64,000 bases of DNA from Nageia nagi. Its lineage: Eukaryota; Plantae; Pinophyta. The first letter of the stretch is position 1, and every line of letters starts with the position of its first letter. Location of the stretch: positions 67,580,001 to 67,644,000 of the forward strand of contig JBITNC010000001.1 in the NCBI GenBank assembly GCA_050084985.1, read 5' to 3'. The notes under the pieces are model-generated. The model searched no databases. It was not told where the DNA came from and worked only from the letters and a program-made list of their open reading frames with translations. This document shows positions 26,161 through 40,610 of the stretch, piece after piece. A program made the translations under genes and the position numbers.

Positions 26161-29100
26161 TATTGGAATGTATAATGCATTATTGTAAAGTTTATGTACT
26201 AATCTTCTATATAAATTCACTAATACTTAAGGGTATCATTTAATACCTTAAGTATTTAAGTGAATATGATAATGTAACTTGTCCTACACTCCATGTCATG
26301 AGCATGCCCCTTGGGTAAAAGGATGTGCATGTCATGCTTTTGTACATTGGACAAAAGGGTGATCCAAAGAGGGATTTTGGCCTATAAATAGAAGGCTCCT
26401 TCTTTGTGATTATACACCAATTTGTGAAGTAAAGTTATGCTATAGGATAGTGTTTAGGAGATGAGATTAAGAGAATTGTAAGAGATTCATATTTGTGAAT
26501 GAAGTAAGATCTAGTTAGTGGATGTACTCCTAGTTGGAGGAACCACTTTATTTCTTATGTCTACCTTTGTGAGATTGTCTTATTGAGTTATCTTGATGTT
26601 TGAATGAGCTTCTATGAGATCTTGGTAATTTAGGAATTAAGTGTTAGTGTTAGTTTCTTCAAATTGGTATTAAAGCTTGGTGTGGAAGCCCTTCTTCAAC
26701 ATATTGGTGATCTTCATTACTACTCCTACACTTCATTGTTGAGGTAAAACCAAGAGAAGGTATAAATTCCTTCCTTCTTGGTCATTTTTTTCATTAAGAA
26801 TACTAACATGTTTTGTGAGATGTGTTAGTTTCTTTTTTGTAAATATGATAAAAAAATAGCAATATAATGAAATTTTTATAATAACCTCTTATATTAGTTA
26901 CATATTTTTTACAATACTATTTAAGAGGACTGTATACAAAAATTTGCATTTTTTTTTAAATATGCTTAAATTTAATAATATATGGTAATGAAATATTTTA
27001 ATAGCTTTTTTTGTTAGTTACAAAAGATGTTTAATAGATTGCTATAATTTGTTAGTTGAAATAAAAAATATATTGATATTTTTTTATTAATATAAAAAAA
27101 ATTATGATTGTGTACAAAAATTATTCTTATAATTTTTCACAATTATTATTTTTTCTTACTTTTACATAGTAATCATCTTTTATAATATACATATTTTTTA
27201 TTAAAAAAAAAGAGGCTTAATTTTTGAAGGGAAACATAAAATATATTGCAAATATATTGTAATCTTCTTATTATATACATGTTTTATTTAGATATAAGAA
27301 AATAACTAGGCCCCTTATAGTGTAAGAGGGTGTAAGATCTTGTAGCGTTTGAAAAGGCCCTATGCATCCTAGCAAAAACCCTTGTTGTCATGGCACATTT
27401 GAAAAGGTGTTGCCTTCCATCATGTAACCCCTGCATGATGCAGCTTGCCTTTGCCCTTCATTGCTTCTAACCCTATCTACCTCTTTTCATCTACATTGAA
27501 ACCCTCGTGCCTACTCATGGCTATGTTGGACCCATTGAGAAACCCTCGCACCTCCCTACTTATGGTTGTTTTGACTACTATGTAATTCGATGCCCACTGA
27601 GAAACCCTCATGCGGTATCCCCCTTCTTGTGCACATTTTTTTCTCCTTACACATGATTGGTTTTGTCCAACTACTCCTAGCCCTCACCTTATTGGCTGCT
27701 CCTTGCCAGCTACCCTCCATCTCTCTCATCAACCTCCCTTCTCTCAGCTCATTTAAGTGGTAGTTACCAGGCCCATTTTCTACCTTTTTTTGTTTATTCT
27801 TGGGTCTAGTTTTTTGGTGATCTCTTGCAAGTTTTTTTTTTTTTTTAACCTTTTTTAAACCACTCCATTAATGCTCTTGTTTACTTGTCAAGCAAGTCCT
27901 TTTTTTCATAATTAGATAGATTCATGGAGTAAAGAACTCAAATAGTATTAATTTTTTTGGTAGATAATTTTAGTGCATTTGGGTGGAGTGTGGGTTTTCT
28001 CTACAATATTAATTACATAAAGTGGAGTATAGGTTTCTCCCCTCATTTAATTTTATGCAAAGATTATGATGACTTCCTTCTTATTTAATGAAAGTATATT
28101 TAATAAAAAAATTAGCCTTGAGGAAGGAAAATTTTTTTTGGAGTAATTTTTCCTTTAAATGCCTATTACCTAAATAATTTTTTTCAAAAGGGGAAGGTAA
28201 TTTCTTGGAATTTTTTTTCCAATGGAAAAAATATTTTTACTTAGTTCAATTTTTTGCCTTTGAATAAGTAGAAGATTATATTTTAGGAATAACTTAGATT
28301 TTTTTTTTCTTCCTTACCTAAATTTCTAAGATAAACTAGCATGATATTTAAGTACTTAATAAAGGTATCATGTTGCTTTAAGATCTTTTTTTAAGTAATA
28401 AGGGGGAAATTTTATGATGTTTTTACTTAAAATTCTAGATATTTTGAAAAAAAAAAATTCCCTTTATGTAAATAATGCATGTTTATTACTTGGAATCTTT
28501 TATGCCTCTCTACATAGTTAATGAACTTGTGCAAAATATGGAATTATGTAAAGATGTTCTTTAGGGGTTGGTAAACAAAACCCATTGGACTCTTAGGTTT
28601 CAAAATGGAAATGGATGATGTTTTATTTATGCATTTTACTTCATATTTCACACTTTTTGCTTTATTTACTTATGCAAAAATCGTAAACATTGAAATGTAC
28701 AACCCTCTAAAATAAACACATCCACATGTACATTCTGCAACATGACTTATTTGGGGAGCCATGAGGTGAGGATAGGTGGATTAGAACCTTTAAGTTTGAT
28801 GATCTACATGGTAAAAAGTCTGTAATTCTCAATTGCCCCTAAGTCCTCTATTGGTCTAGACATAACTCCAATAGGTGGACAGGTATGTATGTAATGATAC
28901 CACATGTTCGCACATCTATTCAGAGATTATCCTGATAACCTCAGAAGATAACTTGAAACCTAATCAAAATTAATAATTTGGTCAATCCAATATATGTCAT
29001 AACCTTTGTAAGTAGTAGGTACTTCTCTTTATGAGAGTATAATACTGACTAAGTCGAACTAATTGAGAATTGGTAGTACTTGGGCTCTTCTTATGTGGGC

Positions 29101-32100
29101 ATCCAGGTGAAGGCCTAATTTTAGACAAGAAAATAAGCCTCAATAATGTCACTCTACATCTATGGTTCTTGATATGAGAAATATATGTGGGTACATAGAT
29201 TATTATTTGAGTTATAAAACATTTGCACTTGTGAATCAAATCAATCATGTCTCTAGTGTTAAATTTAATATGTATTATTTACTTAGTTAAAACTTAACAT
29301 ATAATGTTGATTATTGAACCATATGCTTATTACTTTTTCACATCCTTATGTAGCAAATGAGAGAATCCTTTTTACCTAAGCACATTCATGATGGTTCCAA
29401 CTTTGGAATTTGAGAACCATGGATGAGAGCTGAATTGCAAGCAAGGAAGCTTTAGCAAATAGTGAATGAGAACTTTGTTGCTCCTACAGATGAGAAGGCA
29501 CTTGAGACTTACAACATAAAGAATGAGTTGGCAACCTCTATGATCTTTCATGTAGTTTCAAATGATGTGCTCTTGATGATTTCCTCTTTAATGTCAATAA
29601 AGAAAGCTTGAGATAAGCTTAAGCAAATCTACCTTGGTTCAAAGTTTTCTAGAAGGTTTACCATTATCCAAAAGTTGCTTCAATCTCATCAATAGGAAGA
29701 TGAAAATTTGGTTATCTACTTGAACAAAATCATTAACCTAAAGACCCAACTTGTTGCTTGTGGGTGCAATTAGATTAATGATGAGTTCATGGTCTTCATC
29801 ATTCTTGAAAGCCTTTCTTCAAAGTTTGGAAATTTTGTAACAGTTATGGAAATAAGGTTTGATGATGAAGAAGAAGTATTCTCCCTTGAGAACCTTTCTA
29901 GGTACCTTTTGAAGCATGAGGAAACCCTTAACAATAAGGTGTTGATTTTTTCTTCTAAAGCTAATAACATTGCTCTTGGATCAATCAAAACTCCTTTCAA
30001 AAAAAAGTTCAACCATTAAAAGAAATCTTATCCTTCTTCCTCCAAAAGGTTTGAGAAAAGAGGTAATGGCTACAATAGCAGTAGAAATAATGGCAATAAT
30101 AAAAATAATAACAATAATAGTAGGAACAACGATAACAATAACCACTTCAAGTAAAGAGATAGAAAAGGTAAAACAAAAAATCCTTATCCTAAGAAAAAGT
30201 TTGATTGTATTTGTAACTATTGTGGTATCCAAGGTCATAAAGAAGTTGATTACTACAAAAAAAAAAAAAAAGATAGAAAAAGAATAAAGGCAATGGAAAT
30301 ATAAAGAACTTCAAAGAAAAGAAGAATATTCATGCTAGTTTTGCTATAATGCTCTGCTCCTTGTCTCGTTCTTTTTTGTCTAAATGGATTGTTGACTTTA
30401 GTTGCACTAATCACCTATACTTTGAAAAGAAAAAGTTTGAGAACTTTCATAAGTATAAAAAAGATGCAGCTGTGATAGGTGATAACTCTACCCTTGATGT
30501 CCAAGGAATTAGGAGTGTGCTGATTCATAGAAAGGTTCTTGAAAATGTTCTCTATGTTCCTAAGTTAAGAATGAACCTTCTCTCCATGATCTAAGTAGCT
30601 AGAAAAGGGTACTCTTTTGAGTTCGACTCTTAATCTTCATGCATTAAAAAAGGACAAGCTACTTTTGTTAAAGGATCCATGAAAGATAACCTCTACATTG
30701 TAGATCAAATTCCATCAAATATGTGTCTTACTTCTAGTGTGTGTTTTAAAGGCAATTTTAGCACCATTATTTGGGGTATCTTAATCACAAGAGTATTCAA
30801 GTCATGAGAGACCAAGAACTTATGGAATGTTTGCCTTCAATTTATCCTTCAGTTGGTCTATGCGAGAAGTGCATTCTTGGCAAGATGCATAGATATAAGT
30901 TTGAAAAAGATAAGGCAATAAGAGCATTTCAACCTTTTCAACTTATGCATTCAGATTTGATGGGTCCATTTCAAACTAAGTCACTTAAAGGAGCATCTTA
31001 CATCTTGACCTTCATTGATTACTTTAATAGGATGACCTTTGGGTATCTACTTGAGCATAAAGATCAAACCTTTGAGAGTTTTAAGGTTTTTAAGGCCTTT
31101 ATTGAAAATCAAACTAACCTTAAACTAAAAACATTAAGATCAGACAATGTAAGAGAATATAACAGTAATGAGTTTAATAACTATTATGCTAAGTATGGAA
31201 TCAAGAGGTAATTTATGATTCCTTACACTCCTCAATAGAATGATGTTGTCAAAAGGAAAAATAGGATAATTATGGAAATGGTTAGATGCATGTTGGTTAA
31301 TCTTCCTAGTTTCTTATGGGGTGAGGCTATGAGCACTACTATTTACACCTTGAATAGGTGTTCCATAGAAGCCATTTAAGGTAAAACTCCTTTTGAGGCA
31401 TGGTCAAGAAGAAAACCTAATATTTTACACCTTAGGATGTTTGGTTGTGAAGCATTCTCCTATATTATTTCTAAGAAAAATAAGAAGTTAGATAAAAGGG
31501 CTAAAAAATGCATCTTTGTGGGTATGATAGTTAACATAGAGGCTACAAGCTCTACTCTCCATCCTACAAAGCCATATTTGTTTCAAGAGATGTAAAGTTC
31601 AATGAACTTCCTGATGATGATCCAGAGAACTCTTCAGTTGCACCTAGCTAGTTAGATATTGATCTAGACAAGTCATATTAGGAACTAAATTTTTCAATAG
31701 AAAGGGTAATAAGGAGCATGACCTTGAATAAATTCTTATTTGCCAAGATTGGCAACAACCATGAGCCCTCAACATTCAAATAAGCTTCTAAGCATGAGTG
31801 TTGGATGGAAGCCATGAAAGTGGAGTATGAGGCACTTATCAAAAATGAAACTTGGGATTTGGTTCCTTATTCTAATGAGAAAAATGTAATTGGTAATAAG
31901 TGGATCTATAAATTCAAGTACAATTCTAATGGGGATATTGAGAAATACAAGGTAAGGTTAGTAGCTAAAGGTTTTACTTAGAAATATGATGTATATTATG
32001 AATAAACCTTTCCTCCCATAGCAAAGATGCCTGCTATGAGAATTATCCTTGCTCTTTCTACAACTGAAGGATGAAAAGTTTTTCAGCTTGACATCAAGAG

Positions 32101-33760
32101 TGCATTTCTCAATGGTGACTTAGATGTGGAAATCTTCATGAATCAACTAGAAGGGTTCATTATGGAAAGCAAAGAATCCTTTGTGTGCAAGCTAAATAAG
32201 TCATTATATGGACTTAAGCAAGCACCTAGAGCCTGGTATAGAAAGATTTAAGGTTATTTTATAGACATTGGTTTTTTCAAGTGTTTTTCTGACTCTAATC
32301 TATATGTACTCAATCAAGGAAAAGACATGGTCTTGATTCTCCTTTATGTGGATGATATTTTAATTACTATAAATAATGATGAAATCATTCAAGAGTGCAT
32401 ATCCAAATGTAAGTTAATGTTTGAAATGATTGATCTTGGTCTCTTGCACTACTAAATTAGAATGCAAGCATACCAATATAAGGATTGTACTTATCTTAAT
32501 TAATTTAAGTATATATCAGACATCTTGCAGAAGTTTAGAATGGAGGAGTGTAGATATGCTATGATCGCAATTTCTCTTAAAATCACTATTTCTCTGAGCT
32601 CTAACTCTCAATTGGTTGATGCTATCGCTTACAAGCAATTAATTGGTAGTCTTTTGTATTTGACTATTTTCAGGCCTGATATTGCCTATACAATGAATCT
32701 GATGGCTTGATTCATGTAAAAACCATATGTTGAGCATCTCAATGCTGTTAAAAAAATCTTAAGGTATGTTTTAAGCACTAAGGATCTTACTCTTAAGTAT
32801 TCTAAGTTGCCCTCATTTTTTCTCTTTGGATTCTCAGATTCTGACTATGGGGGAGATAGAGATGATAGGAAATCAACCTCTGCATATGTGCTTAAAATTG
32901 GTTTAGGTGCTATCTCTTGGGCTTCCAAGAAGCAACCTATTATCTCTCTTTCCACTATAGAAGCTAAATATCATGTCATGTCTATTGCAATCTAGGAAGC
33001 CATTTGGCTAAGGCATCTTCTGAAAGAAATAGGGTATGAGCAAGGTGGCTCATCCTTGATCTCTTCAAACAATCAATAGGCTATTTTTATGTCTAAGAAT
33101 CTTGTGTTCCATTAGAGAACAAAATATGTGGAAATCCATGCCCATTTTATCAGGGAGAAGGTTCTTGATGGCACCATACACCTAGAGTATTGTCCATCCA
33201 CCTTGAACTCTATTGATTTGTTCACCAATCCCCTTCAAGAAGCTCAATTCTGTAAGCTTATAGATGCTATCAGGTTGGTGAAGTTATCATAAAGGGGGAG
33301 TGAAGTTTGAATTCTTATGTTGAATTCATATTTGTGATGACAACTTCACCCCTAGGAGGATTTTATGTTGTATAGTGTTGATTTTGTTGTACACCTTCGT
33401 GGTAAGTTCACTGTGCGTGAGGAACTTGTACAATTTTTTTAAAGCAAAAAGATTGGCCAATCTAACACTGTTCAATTATCCATGTGTGAGGAACTCTTAT
33501 GTGTCTTTTGGTAATGTTTAGTTATCCATATGTAAGGAACTCATATGTGCATTCTTTATTTTGTAATGATAATCAACATATGTTTTATATACAGTAGGTG
33601 TCTATGAGTTTTTGGCTTGGCATCTTCATGATGACTTATAGTGCACCATTGATTAGTTCATGATGGCATTTGTGTGATTCATCTATCCTTATTGATATAA
33701 ATATGTTGCATCTAATTGATCTTGTTATTTGAGCTACTTATGACCTACAGGTTCCTTTGA
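26161..33760 (+). mobile_element. Ty1/copia element C inserted in the RT of element A (5' LTR 26161-26661, PBS 26665, decayed gag-pol ~29350-33291, no matching 3' LTR)
   Basis: PBS TGGTATTAAAGC; knuckle CNYCGIQGH; protease WIVDFSCTNH; integrase LMHSDLMGP / LRSDN; RT QLDIKSAFLNG / LYVDDI; RNase H SDSDYGGDRDDRKSTS; AAGGGGGAG after the stop. Confidence 0.88.
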
Positions 33761-36599
33761 GAAGAAAATTTTGGTTGTTATCTATGCTATCAATAAATTT
33801 CAACATTACATCATTGGATACCAAGTTTTTGTGCACACTAATCATGTATAAACCATATTCTTAATGAAAAAATAGTAATAAGTGGTCAGATTATTCAATG
33901 GTTATTACTTCTTCAGGAATTCAATGTTACTATAATGGATAAACTTAACGAAGCTAATGTAGTTGCAGACTTTTGTTAAGATTGAATATTGAACAAAACA
34001 ATAAACTAATAAAAGACTATTTCTTGGATGAAAAATGAATTTCCATTTCCATTTAGACTCATTTGTTTGTTGATATAGCAAACTATCTTATGACAGGATT
34101 CATACCACCTTATATCTTTAATAAGCAAAGGGAAGTTTTGATAAAATAAGATGATTCATTCAAATGGGTCAATGGAATTCTATGCAAATGTGGACCAAAT
34201 CATATCCTTTGTATATGTATTTAAAAATATGAAGTCTTTAACACCCTCAAAGCCTATCATGATGAGAAATTTAGAGGCCATTATTCAAAAAAATGAATAA
34301 TTCATAATATTTTAGAGTAAGATATTACTGGTCTGTCTTGCATAGAGATATGAGGAGATATGTAGAACAATGTGATCAGTGTCAATGCATGGGAAAGCCT
34401 TCAAAATCAACTCAAATTTCATTACATCCTCAATGGGTGATGGAACCTTTTGAAAAATGGGGAATTGACTTTGTTGGTCCAATCAACCTGCCATCACAAG
34501 GGAAGAAGCATGTTATGGTATGCACTAATTATGCAACAAAATGGGTGGATGTATGCGCTCTTTCTAATGCTATGAAAGAAAATATGGTAGAATTCCTTTA
34601 CAATAACATTATGCAAGGGTTTGGAGTCCCAAGATTTTTAGTTTCTGACCAAGGCCCTTAATTCATGTCCAACCTAATCAACAATTTTATGGAGTACTAT
34701 CAGATACATCACAAGAAAGCTTCAAATTATCATAATCAAACTAATGGTCACTTAGAAGTCACCAATAGAGAGTTAGAGAATATTTTGACAAAGATAATAG
34801 CCTCACATCAAAGGTATTGGGCTACTTAACTATTTGAAGTTGTTTGGGCATACAACATCACCTGGAAATCCATGACTATTTTTACCCCCTATGAGTTGGT
34901 ATATGGTAAGAAACATATTCTTCTTATTGAATTTGAAATTCATACTTTAAGGAAAAAAATGGAAGTTGGCCTAGACTTAACTAAAATTGAGAAGAACAAA
35001 GTGCTACAAATAAATGAGTTGGATGAAATTAGGTTAGATGCTTTTCATCAAATCAAAATTTATTCAACAATAAAGGAAATAGTGGCATTATAAACATGTG
35101 TAAAATATTCAATTTTGTCCATATAGATGGGTATTATTATTTGACTTTTTATATCAAATTTCATGGGAAAACTTCATACAAGGTGGATAGGACCTTATCA
35201 AATTTTGCAAGTTTTTGATAATAGAATAGTCAGGTTGTAACCTATAGATGGATCTCAATGAGTGTTACTTGTTAATGGGCATTAAATTTGATCTTATAAT
35301 CTACCATTGATAAAGGATGAATTTACTAAACAACTAGAAGTAGCAAATATGTGCTTAATTGAGGAATGATCGTCTTCCTCAATCCTGCATCCTTGATCAA
35401 CATCTATAATTTACGAATAAATGTTGATCCTAAGATATGGATCAACTCATTTCATACTTATGATTGACTACAAGAGCAATCATGCAAGTGTAAACCTACC
35501 TCTTATTTCTACTTGGGTGTAAACCTATGTATTCACTCATAAGTTTAACTTGATTAAAAGAAAGGGAGAGAAAAAAAAAGGAAAGATTCAATTGTGAAAA
35601 TTTGTAAGAGCATAATTGAGAAAGAAAAGAAAAAGGAAAAAAATAAAACTCAATCAACCATGAAAAATCATTAGAGCATCATTGACTTCCTAGTGTAATA
35701 CAAATGCAAGTCCTAGAGGATTATTCTTTTATTGCGATGTTATCTATAGGATATCATTATTCATGATAGAGTCTTTTGCTTTATAATAATGTTATTCATG
35801 ACAATATCTTTTTATCCAAAATTGTTTTAACCAAGGAGGATTCATCACTACATTTTCTTTTGTATGCTTGAAGTTGAACTTGTATATTTTCTATTATGAC
35901 AAGTTTGCACTTTTCAGGCTAATGTCAGCAATGGACATTTCAACCCATGCCATTCTTCTCTAAATGCTATTGGTACCAAATCACAAATTAAGTCAAAGGG
36001 GGGTTGACTTGTCAGCAAGACTTGGTTTGTTGGCTTAATAATATCCATGTCTACATCAATCACCATTATACTAGGTTAGCTAGCCAATTGGTGGGTGTTA
36101 TTGATATTATGGCACCATCAATGCTCCAATGAGTGATTATTAGCTCCAAATCTTACCATGAGAATTTGTTGTCACTTCTAAATTTCTAAGGTATGCTTTT
36201 TCATTATCCAAATTGGTAATTAAATATTTTTACATCATTTGAAGTCATGGCTTCAAAGTTTTAGAACACTTACATGGTGGAAAATTAATGACATGTTGCC
36301 ATGTGGTGGCATTCTAACACTTTGATTTAATGAAAATCACTCACATGTCATGGTCTATCACCTTGCCATCCCATCCCATCCCATCCTAAGAACCATTTAG
36401 AAATCTTAGAATCAGCATAAACCTCATGTGAACTATCTTTCATGACACCACCTTAGTTAAACCCCTCATTAGATATTCACAAGCGCTTTAGAATACTTGA
36501 ACTCTAGTCAGCTAGCTTCAAATGCAACTTTGGTGCACATTTGTAGAGCCACATTAGTGTATTGTGAACCATGTAAGGTCAAAATAAAAATTACAAACC

Positions 36600-39335
36600 T
36601 GAGAGCATTGAAGAGTTACATCATAATGCTTCAGCCATGGAAATCTTTGATCATTGTGGCTCATAAATTTCTTTGAGAAATTCCAATGGAATAATGAAGA
36701 TTTGTTGGAGGAGTTTATAAGGAACTTTGTAGCTAATCTAGTGGACCTTCGAGGTCATACCATTCCCATTTCTTTTAACACTATAAGTTTCATATTTAGT
36801 TTTCTAGTCGAAGGAGAGAACTTGTTAGAATAATACCATTTGAAGGTCCTACTTTAGAAATTTTACTCCTAGGATGGAGAGTAGATTGATGTGTATGCTA
36901 CACCAAGGCATATCCAAGGATTCAAACATAATCAACTTCCTGCACCATGGGATGAAGTTACAAAATGGGTTATGAAATATCTAACTAGGAATGGTTAGTT
37001 TCAAAGTCTCATGGGGCATCACTTGAAAATACTCATCTTCCTAAGGTATGGGCCTCCAAATACCTTCAATATTCTTGAGTATTTGTATGGTAGCTTATGA
37101 AAAATGGCTAAAAATATTAGACTAGAAGGGTATGATACATTAAAGCATCATGGACTAGTCACATTGTTATGTAGGGAGTATTTTATGCAATGGGCAAATG
37201 GTATAATGAAATGGGTAATTTTCTCCTTAGATGATATAGCCAAATCCTCCTATACATCATCCCAAATTGCAAACAATATTGAGGCCAAGGAAACACATGT
37301 TGAGTATTCTCATTTTGGCATTAATGTTGTATTGAATTGCACATATACTCATGAATTTATTATCCACTTATCTGACCCTAATGATATCCCTCTACCTGAA
37401 AACCCTTGATGTGTCCCCTATTCTAAAATTGCTTAGACCATAGAGGAGTTGGTTAAATATGTAGAGGAATCTAGTTTTCATATTTGGTACCTTTGACAAA
37501 AAATTACAACACCAAAACTAACCAAGAAACCTAGTGAGGAACCAAATTAACATAGTAAGAAAACTATAAATTTGGTAGTGGATATGGAAATAGAAGTAAA
37601 GGTACTCAGATACACCTAAATCCAAACCTTCAAGACATGGAGGGGGTTTTTTTTTTTACAAGAGATACTTGGATGAGGAATCCACATGAAATAATGGGTC
37701 TCATTCAAAGAAACATTGCATGATAGAAGATGATGATGCAGGGTACCAAACGCTCACAAAGATATTTCAAAAATGGGATATGAGGATAATAAAAAATTTC
37801 CTATGGAAGAGTAAGAATATGAAATAGGATAGGAATTAGAGAAGAACATGGAACAAAGTACATAATATGAGAATGTGGATGCTAAAGACTTGGTTGTTGT
37901 GTTAGATAGAGAAGGGTATACAGCTTTTGATATTCTCATGAAATCTATCATCCATATTTCATCCAATGAAGATGAATCTATGCATGTATTTTGGAAAAGT
38001 TCAAAATTCCCAATACTAAATTAACAAAAGAGAAATGTATATTGGAAGAAAGGTGCATAAAGCATGAGGTTGAGAATGTGAAATTAAAAGAAAAAAGAGG
38101 CTTTAATTGATAATTTAGATGAACAACTAAGGATAATTATAGAGAAACAAAAAGAGTATGATGAAGAACATACTCATACCATACCCTCACTTCATTACCT
38201 CTAGGATGCAAAAGATAAGGAGAAAAGTTTGAATGAAAAAATGATATATTGAAAGCATTGCTCAAGGAGGCTATGGATTCTATCACTAAAGGTAAGGAGT
38301 TAGTTGAAACATTGGAAAAGGATAATGTACACTTGTCTCATACACTCGAAGTCACTACCAAAGCTCTACAAGAACATAAATAGATAGTAAAAGACTTAAA
38401 TAAGCAAAATGAAGTGTTATTCCAGAAAAACTTGTCAAATCAGGGGAATAACCAAGTGATACAACAATTGAGGTAAGAAAATGAAATGATCAAATATGCT
38501 ACATTGGATCTATGTTGCATGTTTGAAGAGGCAATTCAATTGAGGTAGTCATCATGCATATGCAATATGTATCTTAAGGAATAATGTTTTAGGTGGTAAG
38601 TTAGAAGTATTCAAAATAGACTTCCCTATTTAATGAAGGATAAGAAAGAATTTGTAAGTGCTTACACAAATTCTTCAGAAGATGATAAATTTCTAATATG
38701 TGAATATTTTTTACATGGAATTTTCTCAGTTCAAACATTCATTTTATGCCCAATTTTTATGTTGGATAAGTCTACCTTCGAGCATTCGTGTCTATTTTAA
38801 TTAACCATAGTAAATGGAGATAAGATTTGGTTTTATTTATAGAGAGAGGTTTAAGATAGTTTCCTAATAAAGATAGAACTTGTGTTCCCTCAAGTGTTAG
38901 TAAAGAAGTTCCAATGCTTAGTAGCTAGCCTTACTGTACAAACAACATATGGAAAGGTAATGCATATATGTTTGATAGACTACCATGCAACTATTAACAA
39001 ATATTATGATTAGGATTTGGAGGTTTGTGTAATATGATGGAGGTTGTAAAATGAAGAACATAGACATAAGGAAATTATTTGATAACCTTGAGTGGGCATA
39101 TAGTAGAACTTTGACATTAATCAAAATTATCTAATAGAATGTATTTGCATGGATAGGAATGAAGTATATACCACCTTTAATGTGGTATCTTGACTAGAAA
39201 AGAAATGCATTTTAGAGATTGGGAAACCAAGGTAAGATTGACCATGGAACATGCTTTCAGTGAAGGAAATTTGGAAGATAGAGAACATGAAGCTATTGGG
39301 ACTTATGATCTTGGTGACCTTATTTAGCAGTACCA
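36600..39335 (+). pseudogene. Decayed additional ORF between integrase and 3' LTR of element A
   Basis: Protein-like reading across stops: NFFEKFQWNNEDLLEEFIRNF, LPAPWDEVTKWVMKYL, NILEYLYGSL*KMAKNIRLEGYDTLKHHGLVTLL, followed by an E/K-rich coiled-coil-like stretch. Confidence 0.55.
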
Positions 39336-39408
39336 CTGATGAACACTTAAGAATAATTTCATAGTTTTTAATTGCTACAAGAGTAGCAATGATCTAATTT
39401 GGGGGAAA

Positions 39409-40610
39409 TAATGAGCCCTAATATGGTCCTTATTTTTCCTATATATTTTGCATAAATTCTATCACTTTGGATGCCATTAGACTTTATAATGATGTTTTAA
39501 CTATTAATTATCTATATTTGATAATGGAATGCATGCTTGCTTTTATTTTGACCAAGTTGATTTTTTGATGCATATTGATATGTCTATTTATGATATTCTA
39601 TGGTAATTTGTGCTTGAATGAGTTAACACAATCATAGTCTTGAAATTATGCTTTTAAAAAGGAATCTGTTTCAAAAAAGACTTTTAAGGATAATTAGCAG
39701 GAGATAGGGGAGCTTGGGAATAATGATATCTAGAATAGGGGAGCTCCAGAATAATGGTTTCCATGATCAATAATGGATTTTATCATGGGATCCAATCATA
39801 GCCAACCAATAATGAGTTCAATGGAGAAGAATATAATGGGAAATCATTAACTTACATCAACCACCAATGCTATTAGTCCTATGTACTGAAGGAGTTCAAA
39901 GTGGACAGTCAAAACTTATCTAAACAAGCCCAACATGGAGGAAATCATGCTCAGATATGTGATCACCAAGCCATGATTAAGAATTGCTAAGTTTGGTAGT
40001 AAAACATTCATTATTATAATTGATAGATCAACTAAGCTAATAAATTGTGTTAGCTTAGATTATACATTCTCCACATTTGAATAAACCTATATCTTCACAA
40101 GATAGAGTCAGTTGAATTATTGTGACTCTATAGCCAAGTTTTAGTAAATAATCATTAATAAAATGTAATAAAAGGAGAGCCTCATAGTTATTGTAGGTTG
40201 GCTAGACTAGAGAACATATGTTATAATAAAAGATATTCACATTTTATCAATACAAGTAGCAGTTTAATTTCCAAATTTTGAGTGTAGTTGGAGACTTCTA
40301 CTAGATGATTCAGGGCCCACTCTGCCTATTACAAGATACTCTCTTTCATTATTTTCTTTAGTTGTGTGTATGTGATTTAGTTTATGGAATGTATATTTCA
40401 AAGATTTTATTTGAGTGTATGGTGTGAAGTTGCAATGTAATGTTAAAAACTACAAAATCATTTCCTTCAATATTGAATTTCCATTTATCTATTTAGTAAA
40501 GCATTTTATTTGGTTAGTGTCTCAATCTCTTGAATGGCGAACCCAATCACATATAGCCTAGAACACTACCCTGGATTTGACAAAATAAATTGTGAATTAT
40601 TGCCTCATCA
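39409..40610 (+). repeat. Full-length LTR of element A (3' part repeated at 21591-22083)
   Basis: Follows the PPT; T(A)ATGAG / CTCATCA inverted termini; 40131-40610 aligns with 21591-22083. Confidence 0.85.
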
